A stretch of DNA of 38,596 nucleotides. Origin: a virus (lineage: Duplodnaviria; Caudoviricetes). Below, in pieces: positions 1 through 9,134 of this stretch. The position numbers were made by a program, and so were the translations under genes. The notes beneath the pieces were generated by a model. That model ran no database searches, was not told the origin of the DNA, and saw nothing but the letters and a program-made list of their open reading frames with translations. Location of the stretch: the IMG/VR virus record IMGVR_UViG_3300032257_000052, positions 1 to 38,596 of that record; one strand, 5' to 3'. Positions within the stretch are counted from its first letter, which is position 1. Each line of letters begins with the position of its first letter.

Positions 1-127
1 CTTCCATCCACCGCTAGCGTGAGTGTAAGATGCGCCATTAATTCCCATCGCCAGTGATAAGGCTTCGCCAATATCGTTATTTCCATCTGAGCGAGAATCA
101 CCAAAAATTAATATGGCGCTTCCTTTG
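1..127. repeat. Terminal direct repeat, copy 1 (circular-assembly overlap)
   Basis: 1-127 is identical to 38470-38596, and an ORF reads in frame across the junction. Confidence 0.95.
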
Positions 128-708
128 TCAACCTCATACGATGGCCCGAAAGAATCAGTCACTTTCTGATTTGCGCCTATGGCTGTAAAATTTGACCTGT
201 TAAAAGCTATAGGATATTGCGGGTACGTGTATTCAGATGGATAGCCGCCTGCGCTTATGTCAATCGGTTCCCACATTATATTTTTAATCTGCAATTGTTT
301 TCCAGTTGCATTTGAAGTAGGCCCGACGCCTAGCCTATAAATAAGACTGGCTCCTACTGTGTCCATAAACACGCAAGCATAACGCCCAACACCACCTGCA
401 ACTATGTCGGCCTCACCAATAATTGAATCGCCTGTGTCTGGTGCCACAGTGAATAAGAATCCTGAATTGCTAGTCGTTAATCCTGAAAAAGAAACAACCT
501 CGAATGACATGCAATACCATTGCCCTGCCGCTAACACTAATGTATTGCTAACACACGATCTACCCGAAGACCCACTAATTAAGTCTATAACGCCGGTTAA
601 CCCGCCATTTTCGGTTGTTTGCACATCTGAGCCAGTTCCTGTCTGAAGTGCTGCTGTCGGAAATCTGTGCTGCTCTAATATATTGTTTTTAACTATTCTT
701 GGTTTCAT
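1..708 (-). CDS. 5' part of an SGNH/GDSL hydrolase-domain protein (about 429 aa, continues at 38469 down to 37888)
   Basis: ATG at 708 overlaps the stop of 705..1175 (ATGA). The frame is open from MKPRIVKNNIL to AILIFGDSRSDG and is in frame with the 37888..38517 ORF across the junction. Confidence 0.85.
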   Translation of the reverse strand, partial: MKPRIVKNNILEQHRFPTAALQTGTGSDVQTTENGGLTGVIDLISGSSGRSCVSNTLVLAAGQWYCMSFEVVSFSGLTTSNSGFLFTVAPDTGDSIIGEADIVAGGVGRYACVFMDTVGASLIYRLGVGPTSNATGKQLQIKNIMWEPIDISAGGYPSEYTYPQYPIAFNRSNFTAIGANQKVTDSFGPSYEVDKGSAILIFGDSRSDGNNDIGEALSLAMGINGASYTHASGGWK

Positions 709-1175
709 AATACCGCCCCATTAACTGTTATTTTAGACCCAGCCGCATTGCCTGATGCCGCTTTTAATTGAACTGAATACACACCTTTGACATCTAATGT
801 TACCCAATGCAGGCCAACCGCTGCTGTTAAAAAGCTACCGCTCGCGCCCAAAACCGGGGCATTAGGAGTGGTAAAATCCAGCGCTGCGGTTACTCGTTGA
901 ATAAAAGTACCGCCTTTGGCGAATTGATATAGAATTTCAAACTGGTCAAGTGCATTTTCTGAAACAGTCATTTCGATACTTAATACTTCTGCGCCATTTG
1001 TTAAAAATATCGCAAACGGCTTTAGCGCTTCGTTTACGTCTTCATCGGTTATTGAGACCGTTGACCTTTGCACATAAATTATATGCGCTGCACCGCCTGT
1101 GCCAATAATGGGTTCAGGGTTGCCGCTGCTACTCTCATAAAATCCTAAACTGCTGGGGCCTGGTATATTTGGCAT
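705..1175 (-). CDS. Hypothetical beta-rich protein, possibly a virion component
   Basis: 156 aa ORF with an RBS-like AGGA, between tailspike and esterase. Confidence 0.6.
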   Translation of the reverse strand: MPNIPGPSSLGFYESSSGNPEPIIGTGGAAHIIYVQRSTVSITDEDVNEALKPFAIFLTNGAEVLSIEMTVSENALDQFEILYQFAKGGTFIQRVTAALDFTTPNAPVLGASGSFLTAAVGLHWVTLDVKGVYSVQLKAASGNAAGSKITVNGAVL

Positions 1176-1225
1176 AATTTTTAATCCTATAAGTTATAAT
1201 TAATATTACATAAAACGATGTTTTT

Positions 1226-3211
1226 TTATTTTATTATTCCAATGTTCTGCAAATCTGCTATAAGCGTTCCGACAACATCGGCCAGTTCAGATATAACAAC
1301 AGCATCAGCATTAAATGATCTATCGGTTACTACGTTTGTCGGTGTATAAGCTCCTGTCAATGTTGTGCCGGTTTCATAATTCAGCATAACAAGGTTATTT
1401 GTACCAGAGTCTTCAATGTCTGCTGTTACGTTGTTTTTAGATGTGTTTCCAATACAAACACTATCATTTGCAAATGTTGCTAAAGCAATACCTTTGTCTT
1501 GAGTTGGTACGCCTTGATAATCTGAGCAATCATTCCCTATAGCGATTAGCCCATAAAGATTTGCCGTTCCATTAACATCTATTCCTATATTTTCATTATT
1601 TATACAGGTATTACCAATTAGTTTAACGTTATCAGCATCAAACACCTTGATACCACTACCGAATAATGCGCCCACGCCCAATGTTCCGTTCATACATTTG
1701 TTGCCTGAGGCTGTAACATTATCGGCATTGATTGAAATACCATTATTGTTGCCATCACAGATGTTACCGACTAGTTCTGAACCCTCAGCATTAATCTCAA
1801 TGCCGTGACCGCCTGCCGTATCACCTGTATTATTATTTTTACAGGTATTACCTATAATAGTGAAATCAGTTGAGCCAGTACTGCCAGCATAAATGCCATT
1901 CTCAATGTTATCGTTAACATCATTTCCGTATATTCTCATTCTTACGCAATTAGATGTGATAGACATACCTCGCCCAGAATCATCAGCTATAGTGCCGTTG
2001 TCATCAAACACACCACCCTTAATTAATACATCGTCACTTTCAGCAACATATATTCCGTTTTTCCCTGCTCCCGTAGAGTTTACGCCTTTAATAACAGCCC
2101 CATTTGAAGCGGTAATATATATGTTTGCTTCGTAAGGTTTCGTGCCTATACTAGCGCCGGTCGAATTTGTGTAATTGCCATTAATTATTTTTGCGTGAGT
2201 CGTATTTGCAATAGCGACATTAATATCGCAGCCATCTATGTCACAGTTTCTAAGATAAACTTTATCGTTTGATGTAAAAAACACGACTCCCTGATTTATA
2301 GAATCAACAATATTCAAATCTTGAAGTATAATGTTTGTACAATTCGAGCCTCGAATCCCATCAACTGCTGAAACTTGATTGGCTTTGTTAAAATCAAATT
2401 TAATGTTTTTTATAACAATATCTGAAACAGAAGAAAGAACAAGACCGTGAACGTTTGAACTATCTGCAAGCTTTAAGACGCTATCATTTCCGCCGGTTAT
2501 TGTAGTATTTGAAATTGGGGAAATCGAAGCGTCAAACAAGTAAGTTTTGCTACCTGTGAGACTTAGCTTTCCGCCAACTGCCAGCCATGCAGCTATTGCG
2601 CTGGTATCTATTGTCGGGGTGCCTTTAGCCCCAAACCAATCAAGATTGACGCTACCTGAAAAAATCCTTATCCATGCCGTTGATCCATTCCCACCCGTTG
2701 GAATAAACAATGTTCCACAAAATGCGCCGCCATCATCCGCATAAGTACCAGGCGCTGCTCCAATGGCCGCTTTAAATGATCCGCCATCAGTGCCTTCAAC
2801 AACTAATGACTTTCCAGTAACAGGCTGCAATAAAACTGCTGCTGCTTTATCTGCAACAGTATACGCGCCGTCAGAAACAGTTAGACTGCTCTCTGGATCT
2901 GCATTTAGATTATCAGCTACTTGTATAGCATTGGTTGTGTCGTTTGCGTCCGCCTCTGCTGCCGTTGGGAATAGCCATCCATCATAATCGCCATTAACAA
3001 AAGGATTTAACAGGGCAGAACCAGCCGTTTGAATAAATCCGATAGGAACGGCCCCGCCGGATGAAATCTCAGCTTTAACGATTAATGTGCCACCAGTTGA
3101 ATCTGTTGCCATACTTAAAGGCGTAGTGGTTCCTTGATCGTAGAACTTTAACCAATAACCGGCATAATCCTCTAAGGGTGTTGATAATAGTTGTATTGGT
3201 GCGTATGCCAT
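1226..3211 (-). CDS. Tailspike with right-handed parallel beta-helix (putative depolymerase)
   Basis: LDWFGAKG...DTSAIAAWL motif precedes many Asn/Gly-rich PbH1-like repeats (IIGNTCKNN, LVGNICDGN). Located after the ejection genes. Confidence 0.85.
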   Translation of the reverse strand: MAYAPIQLLSTPLEDYAGYWLKFYDQGTTTPLSMATDSTGGTLIVKAEISSGGAVPIGFIQTAGSALLNPFVNGDYDGWLFPTAAEADANDTTNAIQVADNLNADPESSLTVSDGAYTVADKAAAVLLQPVTGKSLVVEGTDGGSFKAAIGAAPGTYADDGGAFCGTLFIPTGGNGSTAWIRIFSGSVNLDWFGAKGTPTIDTSAIAAWLAVGGKLSLTGSKTYLFDASISPISNTTITGGNDSVLKLADSSNVHGLVLSSVSDIVIKNIKFDFNKANQVSAVDGIRGSNCTNIILQDLNIVDSINQGVVFFTSNDKVYLRNCDIDGCDINVAIANTTHAKIINGNYTNSTGASIGTKPYEANIYITASNGAVIKGVNSTGAGKNGIYVAESDDVLIKGGVFDDNGTIADDSGRGMSITSNCVRMRIYGNDVNDNIENGIYAGSTGSTDFTIIGNTCKNNNTGDTAGGHGIEINAEGSELVGNICDGNNNGISINADNVTASGNKCMNGTLGVGALFGSGIKVFDADNVKLIGNTCINNENIGIDVNGTANLYGLIAIGNDCSDYQGVPTQDKGIALATFANDSVCIGNTSKNNVTADIEDSGTNNLVMLNYETGTTLTGAYTPTNVVTDRSFNADAVVISELADVVGTLIADLQNIGIIK

Positions 3212-5250
3212 TACTCTGCTTCCTCGATTTCTTCAACTAATGTCTGGATTGCTATCGCATCGTCCAAATTTGAGTTTTTAGCAATGTTAATCAATGCGGC
3301 CACTTGTGATCCTGTCGCTTTCCCAACTGTTTCGCCATTCTTAGCAAGCCACTTAACAAAGCCTTTATTTGTCATTAATCTTGCGCCCATATTATTCATT
3401 GTTACGGTTGCAGCAATACTAGATAACAATGGAACACTCGCAACCGCAGCACCGCCAGTAGTTGCCGCGGCAAGTCCAAAATTAGCTATTGATTGCCCGC
3501 TGCCGGATGCGTTAGCAGCCGCCCTTGCTGATTCTTTTGAAACTTCCGCAACATTCGCTATTTTATCTAAATCAGACTTAAGTGAATTAAGGCGCTCACT
3601 TCCTGAAAATAAAGCTTTTTTTGCTTTTCCCAATTTATTCCAGTCTGTTAAGAATTTGTTTGTTGAAAAAGCATCACCGGATGCGTTTTGTTGACCAGGG
3701 CTTGCCCTTCCAAGCCTTCTTACAACATTAGATGCAACAACCTCCCATTCTTCTTGCTTTAACGATCGCTTAAATGAATTTATCAATCTAGTGCCTTCGC
3801 CGCCTTTGGTTATAGAGTCAAATATCTTATCAACTTCAACCTTTTTGCTAATTCTTTCAACAAAATCTCCTAATCTTTTATGCCCAGAACTAGTAAACTT
3901 ATTAGCACGATTAAATGCTGTTGTGGCCTGCTTTCCCTGTAGTCCTGTAATAGCCTTAACGTCTTGCGTTATCGCGCCGTATAACTGTTTTAATTCGGCC
4001 CTTGGGATATCACTAACTAATTCATTGTTGCTTATTTTTTGGCCTATTGATGTTCTCAAGTCTCGAAGCACTCTATAACCAACGGTTTCAGCGCCCTCTA
4101 AAGCCTCTCTAACACGAACTAATTGCTTGTTGTCTAATATTTTACCAACATCGCCACCCCTAACTAATCTATCAAGAGCTTGTTTAGTATTTGTTATTGA
4201 TGTCTCAGTAGCATCATCAACAAAACCATCCGATCTATTCCATAAATCAGAAGACTTTGACTTAAATCTATCAACAAACCCGCCTTTTCCCGTGATTCCA
4301 CGCTTGATAACCACGCCAGCCTCTTCAGCACCGATGGTTGTACTTGTTTTATCGGCTATTTGTTTTACTCTAGCCTGTATATTAGCCGTCAACTGCTCGG
4401 CCCTATTTGTTATTCTTCCGCCACCGATTACTTTAGACGCTAAATTTTCAGCGGATTGCAATGATCTACGACCGGTCGCCTGTGCTACGGTCGGCACATC
4501 ACCAACAGATGAGAAATCCTCTATTGTCTTTCTGATGCCAGGTAAATTTTTATCAGAGCCTCTAAATATTGATTTAATCGCATTCCCTACACTAGATTTT
4601 ATTACTTGCGGGGCTAACGGAGCCGCCAATGAGCCAATAACTTTACCCGGTGCGCCTCCAACTTCTTCGCCAACTTCGCCACCGGTGCCGCTAAGTAATG
4701 ACGCTGTAACGTCTGTCGCCGCTGTGCCTGATCCTAGCTGTCTGGTTACGGCCTGTCCTAATGTTTGGGCACCTGCTTGAATGGCAGGTATAGCTTTACC
4801 GGCTGCACGTAACGCGCCACCAGCCGCTACACCTGGGGCAACAAGTTCACCGGATGCTCTTAAAATATCACGTGTTAACCCAGGCTCTACAAATTCACCT
4901 GTCGTTGCTTGTTGTCCAAATTCAGTACTTGCTAATGTTGGTATTCTTTCTTGTTCTTCAACACCGGCTAATTGCTGTATAGCTCTGGCTGGTTTAGTGG
5001 TGAAGAAATCTACCAGATTTACAGCGCCTCTGCCTATTGCAGCTCCAAATTCAGCTAATTCAGAACCGGCTGGCGCATTTAATATAGCCTGCCTAACTTG
5101 ATCTAAATCACTAACATCTTGTTGTGGTTGTGGTTGTGGTTGAGTATCGGCAAACTCAGCGCGCAACTGTTCAAGCTCTTGCCTTTCGGTTAGCTGTGCT
5201 GGTTTTGAAAACTCAGCGCGTAAAGCTGCTAGTTCTTCTCTATCGCCCAT
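3211..5250 (-). CDS. DNA ejection (internal virion) protein, P22 gp16-like position
   Basis: 679 aa, helical and Ala/Gly-rich, third of three such genes after the tail genes. Confidence 0.65.
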   Translation of the reverse strand: MGDREELAALRAEFSKPAQLTERQELEQLRAEFADTQPQPQPQQDVSDLDQVRQAILNAPAGSELAEFGAAIGRGAVNLVDFFTTKPARAIQQLAGVEEQERIPTLASTEFGQQATTGEFVEPGLTRDILRASGELVAPGVAAGGALRAAGKAIPAIQAGAQTLGQAVTRQLGSGTAATDVTASLLSGTGGEVGEEVGGAPGKVIGSLAAPLAPQVIKSSVGNAIKSIFRGSDKNLPGIRKTIEDFSSVGDVPTVAQATGRRSLQSAENLASKVIGGGRITNRAEQLTANIQARVKQIADKTSTTIGAEEAGVVIKRGITGKGGFVDRFKSKSSDLWNRSDGFVDDATETSITNTKQALDRLVRGGDVGKILDNKQLVRVREALEGAETVGYRVLRDLRTSIGQKISNNELVSDIPRAELKQLYGAITQDVKAITGLQGKQATTAFNRANKFTSSGHKRLGDFVERISKKVEVDKIFDSITKGGEGTRLINSFKRSLKQEEWEVVASNVVRRLGRASPGQQNASGDAFSTNKFLTDWNKLGKAKKALFSGSERLNSLKSDLDKIANVAEVSKESARAAANASGSGQSIANFGLAAATTGGAAVASVPLLSSIAATVTMNNMGARLMTNKGFVKWLAKNGETVGKATGSQVAALINIAKNSNLDDAIAIQTLVEEIEEAE

Positions 5251-6535
5251 TTTGCTGGGCCTTTAATGCTCTTAGTTGTTCAAGTTCTGCTTGATCTTCC
5301 GGTGACAGTTGATCAGCTTGCAGCTCTTGCCTTGTTTCTTTTTTAAGCTGGTTCCTAGCTGCAGACGATTCAAATATTCCTCTTACTTTAATAAACTCCT
5401 TTCTTGCTAGTTCGTCGCTTATTAATGGGTCAGCCAATACTGTTGCTGATTTCTCAAGTGTTTTAGCTTCGCTATCTGTTATGGTTCCTTGGCCTTTTAA
5501 CTTTTGTCTTGATTCTAACGAAAGCAGCCCGATAATCTGATCAACTTCAGCCCTAGAATCTATTGCTGATTGCGACCTTAACAACGGAGGTGTTGCCGTA
5601 ACAACCTTTCCAAAAGCGTCCGCAAACTTATCATCCTTCAATAATCCATTAACCTGATCAACAGCAGCCAAAGCCTCAACTCTTCTGATATTCTTTGAGT
5701 CTATTATTTGCTTTCTTTGCTCTGCGTTTTTCGCTTTTGTTTCGTCTAGCCTAATCTTTCCGGCCTCTAATGACTGTCTCGAAGTAGCGGTTTCTGTTTC
5801 TATCCTCTGGGCCTTTTCTACTTCTTGTTCTGTTTGTATATCGCCCTTAACTTGCTGCTTCTGTCTTTCTGTGTCTATAAGCGTTTCCTGCTTTTCTACC
5901 GCAGTCTGCCCCAATTGTGATACAAGGCTGACTTGTCCAATCGGTTGAGCTGGCCCACCCGCAATGGGTGCCAGAACACTTTGAACTGACCCATCAGTCG
6001 GGTTGCGTTTAGTTGTACCGAAGAATAAATTCCCTTTTGTATCTTTAAATGTCTGCTGTCCGCCGAACTGAGTTTTTCCAGATGGTGTTAATTGACTAGC
6101 AAGCTGCACGGCCTGTTGTGATCGAGTTAAAAGCTCATCAGGATTTGTTTTTGCAAGCCTTATGGCCTCATCTGTTTCTTCTGTCGTAATATTAGGATTT
6201 GTTTTTTGCTGCTCTATTAAATCATTCCTTCTGCTCTCTAAATTAGAAACAACTAAATCTATGTTGCCCCTCTCTAAATCCGGTATTATTTGTTGTGCGC
6301 CAACACCTAAAGACTTGATTATCTCGCTTTGTCTCTGGTTTGAGATAGATTGCTCACTAGGTACTCCCGCCTCAGTTGATTGCGCTTGAGCGTCAAGTAT
6401 ACGCGCACGTAAAGGGGCTTCAGTAATGCCCTGTTTGATTCCTTGAATGCGATTAATTCCAAGCAGAGCATTTGAGAAAGACTGGCCTATGTCAGTGATT
6501 CTACCTTGAAGCCCGATTTCTGGTCTAACCGCCAT
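5240..6535 (-). CDS. DNA ejection protein, P22 gp20-like position
   Basis: Gln-rich coiled coil with C-terminal LKGQGTITDSE motif; synteny. Likely ATG start at 6535 (MAVRPEIG). Confidence 0.65.
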   Translation of the reverse strand: MAVRPEIGLQGRITDIGQSFSNALLGINRIQGIKQGITEAPLRARILDAQAQSTEAGVPSEQSISNQRQSEIIKSLGVGAQQIIPDLERGNIDLVVSNLESRRNDLIEQQKTNPNITTEETDEAIRLAKTNPDELLTRSQQAVQLASQLTPSGKTQFGGQQTFKDTKGNLFFGTTKRNPTDGSVQSVLAPIAGGPAQPIGQVSLVSQLGQTAVEKQETLIDTERQKQQVKGDIQTEQEVEKAQRIETETATSRQSLEAGKIRLDETKAKNAEQRKQIIDSKNIRRVEALAAVDQVNGLLKDDKFADAFGKVVTATPPLLRSQSAIDSRAEVDQIIGLLSLESRQKLKGQGTITDSEAKTLEKSATVLADPLISDELARKEFIKVRGIFESSAARNQLKKETRQELQADQLSPEDQAELEQLRALKAQQNGR

Positions 6536-7271
6536 AACCGACACCTAGCATTTTGTAGTTAACTTTCATATATTCGCCGTTAGTAATTACTGCACCAGGA
6601 TTTGTTTTTATAATCTCCTGAGCCAAAACACCAAACGATTTGCCGAACAAGCCCATAGAATTAGCTAATTTATTCCACGTCCAAGAGTAAATATTATGGC
6701 CTTTTTCCATACCTATTTTGATTATGTTTTCTTTTAGACTTTCATCAGACAATGCAATAGCAGCACCACCGGCCAACTGTGTCCCTATGTTAAGCAATCC
6801 TGCTGCGCCTTGTTGCTTAGCATTAGCCCCGCCAAGTATTCCAGCAGCAGTAGCTGCTGCTGCATCCGTTTCAAGCCCACCCTGAGCCTTAGCCGTGCCT
6901 GAACCAATATTCAATAGGTCTGCTATGCTGTTTTTCTGACTTGATATTAATGGACTAGCAGATGTTAAGACATTATTGCTTAGTTGTTGTAATGTATCAC
7001 CCGCACTTAATCGCCCACTTGCGGCGGCTGATTGTTGGGTTACTGTGTTTGCGTTATCCAATGCGAGTTTAAATAAAGGATTGTTTTGTAGAAAGTCGAA
7101 TTGTTGATTTGGGTCTGTAAGGAAGCTTGCTTGATCTATCCCGCCAATACCTAATTGCCTGAATGGCTCGAATCTTTCAGCAGCAGCATTAGCGGCGTCG
7201 GCTTGCAATTGTCCGCCTTCCTGTGCTGCACTAGCGACGCCTGAACCGGTTAATTTTCTTACAAACCCCAT
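6525..7271 (-). CDS. DNA ejection protein (P22 gp7-like) with C-terminal intramolecular chaperone / peptidase S74-like domain
   Basis: Ala/Gly/Gln-rich N-terminus (FEPFRQLG, SAAASGRLSAGDTLQQL). C-terminal SDESLKENI...IYSWTW...GVLAQEI...VNY. Confidence 0.7.
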   Translation of the reverse strand: MGFVRKLTGSGVASAAQEGGQLQADAANAAAERFEPFRQLGIGGIDQASFLTDPNQQFDFLQNNPLFKLALDNANTVTQQSAAASGRLSAGDTLQQLSNNVLTSASPLISSQKNSIADLLNIGSGTAKAQGGLETDAAAATAAGILGGANAKQQGAAGLLNIGTQLAGGAAIALSDESLKENIIKIGMEKGHNIYSWTWNKLANSMGLFGKSFGVLAQEIIKTNPGAVITNGEYMKVNYKMLGVGYGG

Positions 7272-7714
7272 TGATTTAGCCTTAAGATTATTGCATCATA
7301 TTTCACACCGTCTTTAGTGCAATCGTTTTTGATGCTTTCCCCTGTCTCCTTAAATCCAAAGCTTTTCGCAAACTCTAGTACATTAGGATAACATTCGGGA
7401 ATTTCGGCATAAATAATGACGTTTTTGGCTTCACCGAATTTCAAAGCCATTCGTCCAAATTCTCGTGCGTATTCTTTACGGTATTCAGGCAATACTTGAA
7501 TATGTATATTAGTTCTGCCCTCTTCACTATGATAAATCATAATTCCGATAATGTCACTATCTACATAACCCGCTATGTACTGGTATTCTTCAGAAATTGG
7601 CGGTTCAAAACTGTCCGGCTCTGGTGAGTTGTCATCGCTTATACACGGGTAAATAGCAGGCGAACATAAAACCGTTTTAATCTCGCCTGTATTAGTAGTT
7701 TCTTTAACTATCAT
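7259..7714 (-). CDS. GNAT-fold protein, P22 gp14/DUF2824-like
   Basis: IHIQVLPEYR, AEIPECYPNVLEFAKSFGFKETG; lies just upstream of the gp7-like gene as in P22. Confidence 0.75.
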   Translation of the reverse strand: MIVKETTNTGEIKTVLCSPAIYPCISDDNSPEPDSFEPPISEEYQYIAGYVDSDIIGIMIYHSEEGRTNIHIQVLPEYRKEYAREFGRMALKFGEAKNVIIYAEIPECYPNVLEFAKSFGFKETGESIKNDCTKDGVKYDAIILRLNQWGL

Positions 7715-8697
7715 TAGTTATCGACCAATATTAAAAACAATCTAGCGTCTGCTTCAGCGTTTGCTGAGTGCGTGGCAACCGTCATCTTGATATCGGTTTT
7801 TTCTGGCAATGGGTCTGATATTCGTTGCGGGATAGTGGCATTATTTGTGCCGTCTGTATCAAGGCCAGAGTCAAAAATATCACGCCAGGATTCGTAATTA
7901 TTATTGGACGACTCATTATATATTCTTATCCATCCTTTGAAATGGCCTACGTGCTGGACAGTCGCGCCGCCTTCCTGATCAATTAGACTTATTCTAGCCT
8001 CCTCAATATAGCCCGTTTTCCCTGCTGGTATCGTGTTATACATTTGCTCAGTTTGCCCCTCACCCGCTGGAATTAATGCCTGTGTTGTGCCGCCGGTCAC
8101 CGCCTCTATCGTAATTCCTGCTGCGTTAACTTCACCACTACCCACTAAAGTCACATAGCATGAATGAACACGTAGATAAGTATTAGTTGTTGCAGTCGAG
8201 GCAGATGCCCCTGCTGTGGCAATAACATCTGTAACAGGCAAGTAATTTTCATCAAGACCAGTAACTGTAATTGATTGAGCGCCGGTTCCTGCCGCCGTAT
8301 CCGCTGCATTACCACCCGCTTTAATTCTAATTGTTGATGCGGTAGTTAAATACGTTAGCACAAACGGGGCTATATCATCTTGTGCGCTGCCACCCGTTGT
8401 CGCTGGTATTCTAGCAAACCTGATAAGCGCAGAGTGACCGGCCACATTGCCTTTTGATACTTCAAAAAAGAAATCAAACGTGGTCGTTGAAGCTACAGGA
8501 ACAGGGTTTAGAGTTGTTACTGGTGATCCGCCGACATTAATATTAGATGTTACCTCGCCATCAACAGTAAGAGATGTCCCGCCATCATCGACAGTTAAAG
8601 TTCCGCCGCCATCGTCAACCGTCGAGCTAGTTCCGCTCTTCTGTTCAACCAGCACAGCATCACCGGCCACGTTCTGGGGTAATGGTATATAACTCAT
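7714..8697 (-). CDS. Hypothetical virion-associated protein (Thr/Ala/Gly-rich)
   Basis: ATGA overlap at 8694-8697, TVDDGG repeats, inside the tail operon. Confidence 0.6.
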   Translation of the reverse strand: MSYIPLPQNVAGDAVLVEQKSGTSSTVDDGGGTLTVDDGGTSLTVDGEVTSNINVGGSPVTTLNPVPVASTTTFDFFFEVSKGNVAGHSALIRFARIPATTGGSAQDDIAPFVLTYLTTASTIRIKAGGNAADTAAGTGAQSITVTGLDENYLPVTDVIATAGASASTATTNTYLRVHSCYVTLVGSGEVNAAGITIEAVTGGTTQALIPAGEGQTEQMYNTIPAGKTGYIEEARISLIDQEGGATVQHVGHFKGWIRIYNESSNNNYESWRDIFDSGLDTDGTNNATIPQRISDPLPEKTDIKMTVATHSANAEADARLFLILVDN

Positions 8698-9134
8698 GTT
8701 GCCACCCACACATTAATGCTAACTGCTGTATATTGTATTGACATCCATTTTGCATTCATAATCACGCTAGTTTCTCCGAATATAGTGGCCAAACCAGACG
8801 GTACAACAGTGGGGGTAAATGTTGCATCAATTATAACCACGTCAACACTTTCACCTATCGTGGCGCTTGTTATTGGCGGCAACGTCACTGTAACGTCAGC
8901 GGTATCAGCCTCTACAATAATTAATGATCCGTATCCAGCAGAGTCTAAGATTAAATCAGAACCGGCAATAATTACAATCTGCTTACCAGCTACCGCGTCT
9001 AAACTGCCACCCGTCCTCTGCCAAAGTTGAAATAATATTGTTCTTTGTTGCTCAAAAAATGACCTTGTAATTGGATCATTAAAAAACTGCTCTGGTATTC
9101 TTAATTGTGGTGGTGGGTTTACAGAAACACTCAT
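8694..9134 (-). CDS. Putative tail needle/plug protein (gp26-like position)
   Basis: Follows the gp10-like gene; N-terminal FFEQQRTILFQLWQRTGG helix. Confidence 0.5.
   Translation of the reverse strand: MSVSVNPPPQLRIPEQFFNDPITRSFFEQQRTILFQLWQRTGGSLDAVAGKQIVIIAGSDLILDSAGYGSLIIVEADTADVTVTLPPITSATIGESVDVVIIDATFTPTVVPSGLATIFGETSVIMNAKWMSIQYTAVSINVWVAT

Noticed and set aside
1-127. 127-bp terminal repeat as a biological direct terminal repeat
   Set aside because: The length matches a common assembler k-mer and it falls mid-gene, so it is better explained as a circular-assembly overlap
3191-5101. Long plus-strand ORFs (3191, 3791, 4127, 4781) and similar ones opposite other structural genes
   Set aside because: Antisense shadows of well-supported minus-strand genes; no RBSs or motifs
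5120-5145. TGTGGT tandem repeat
   Set aside because: Simply encodes a QPQPQP linker in the ejection protein
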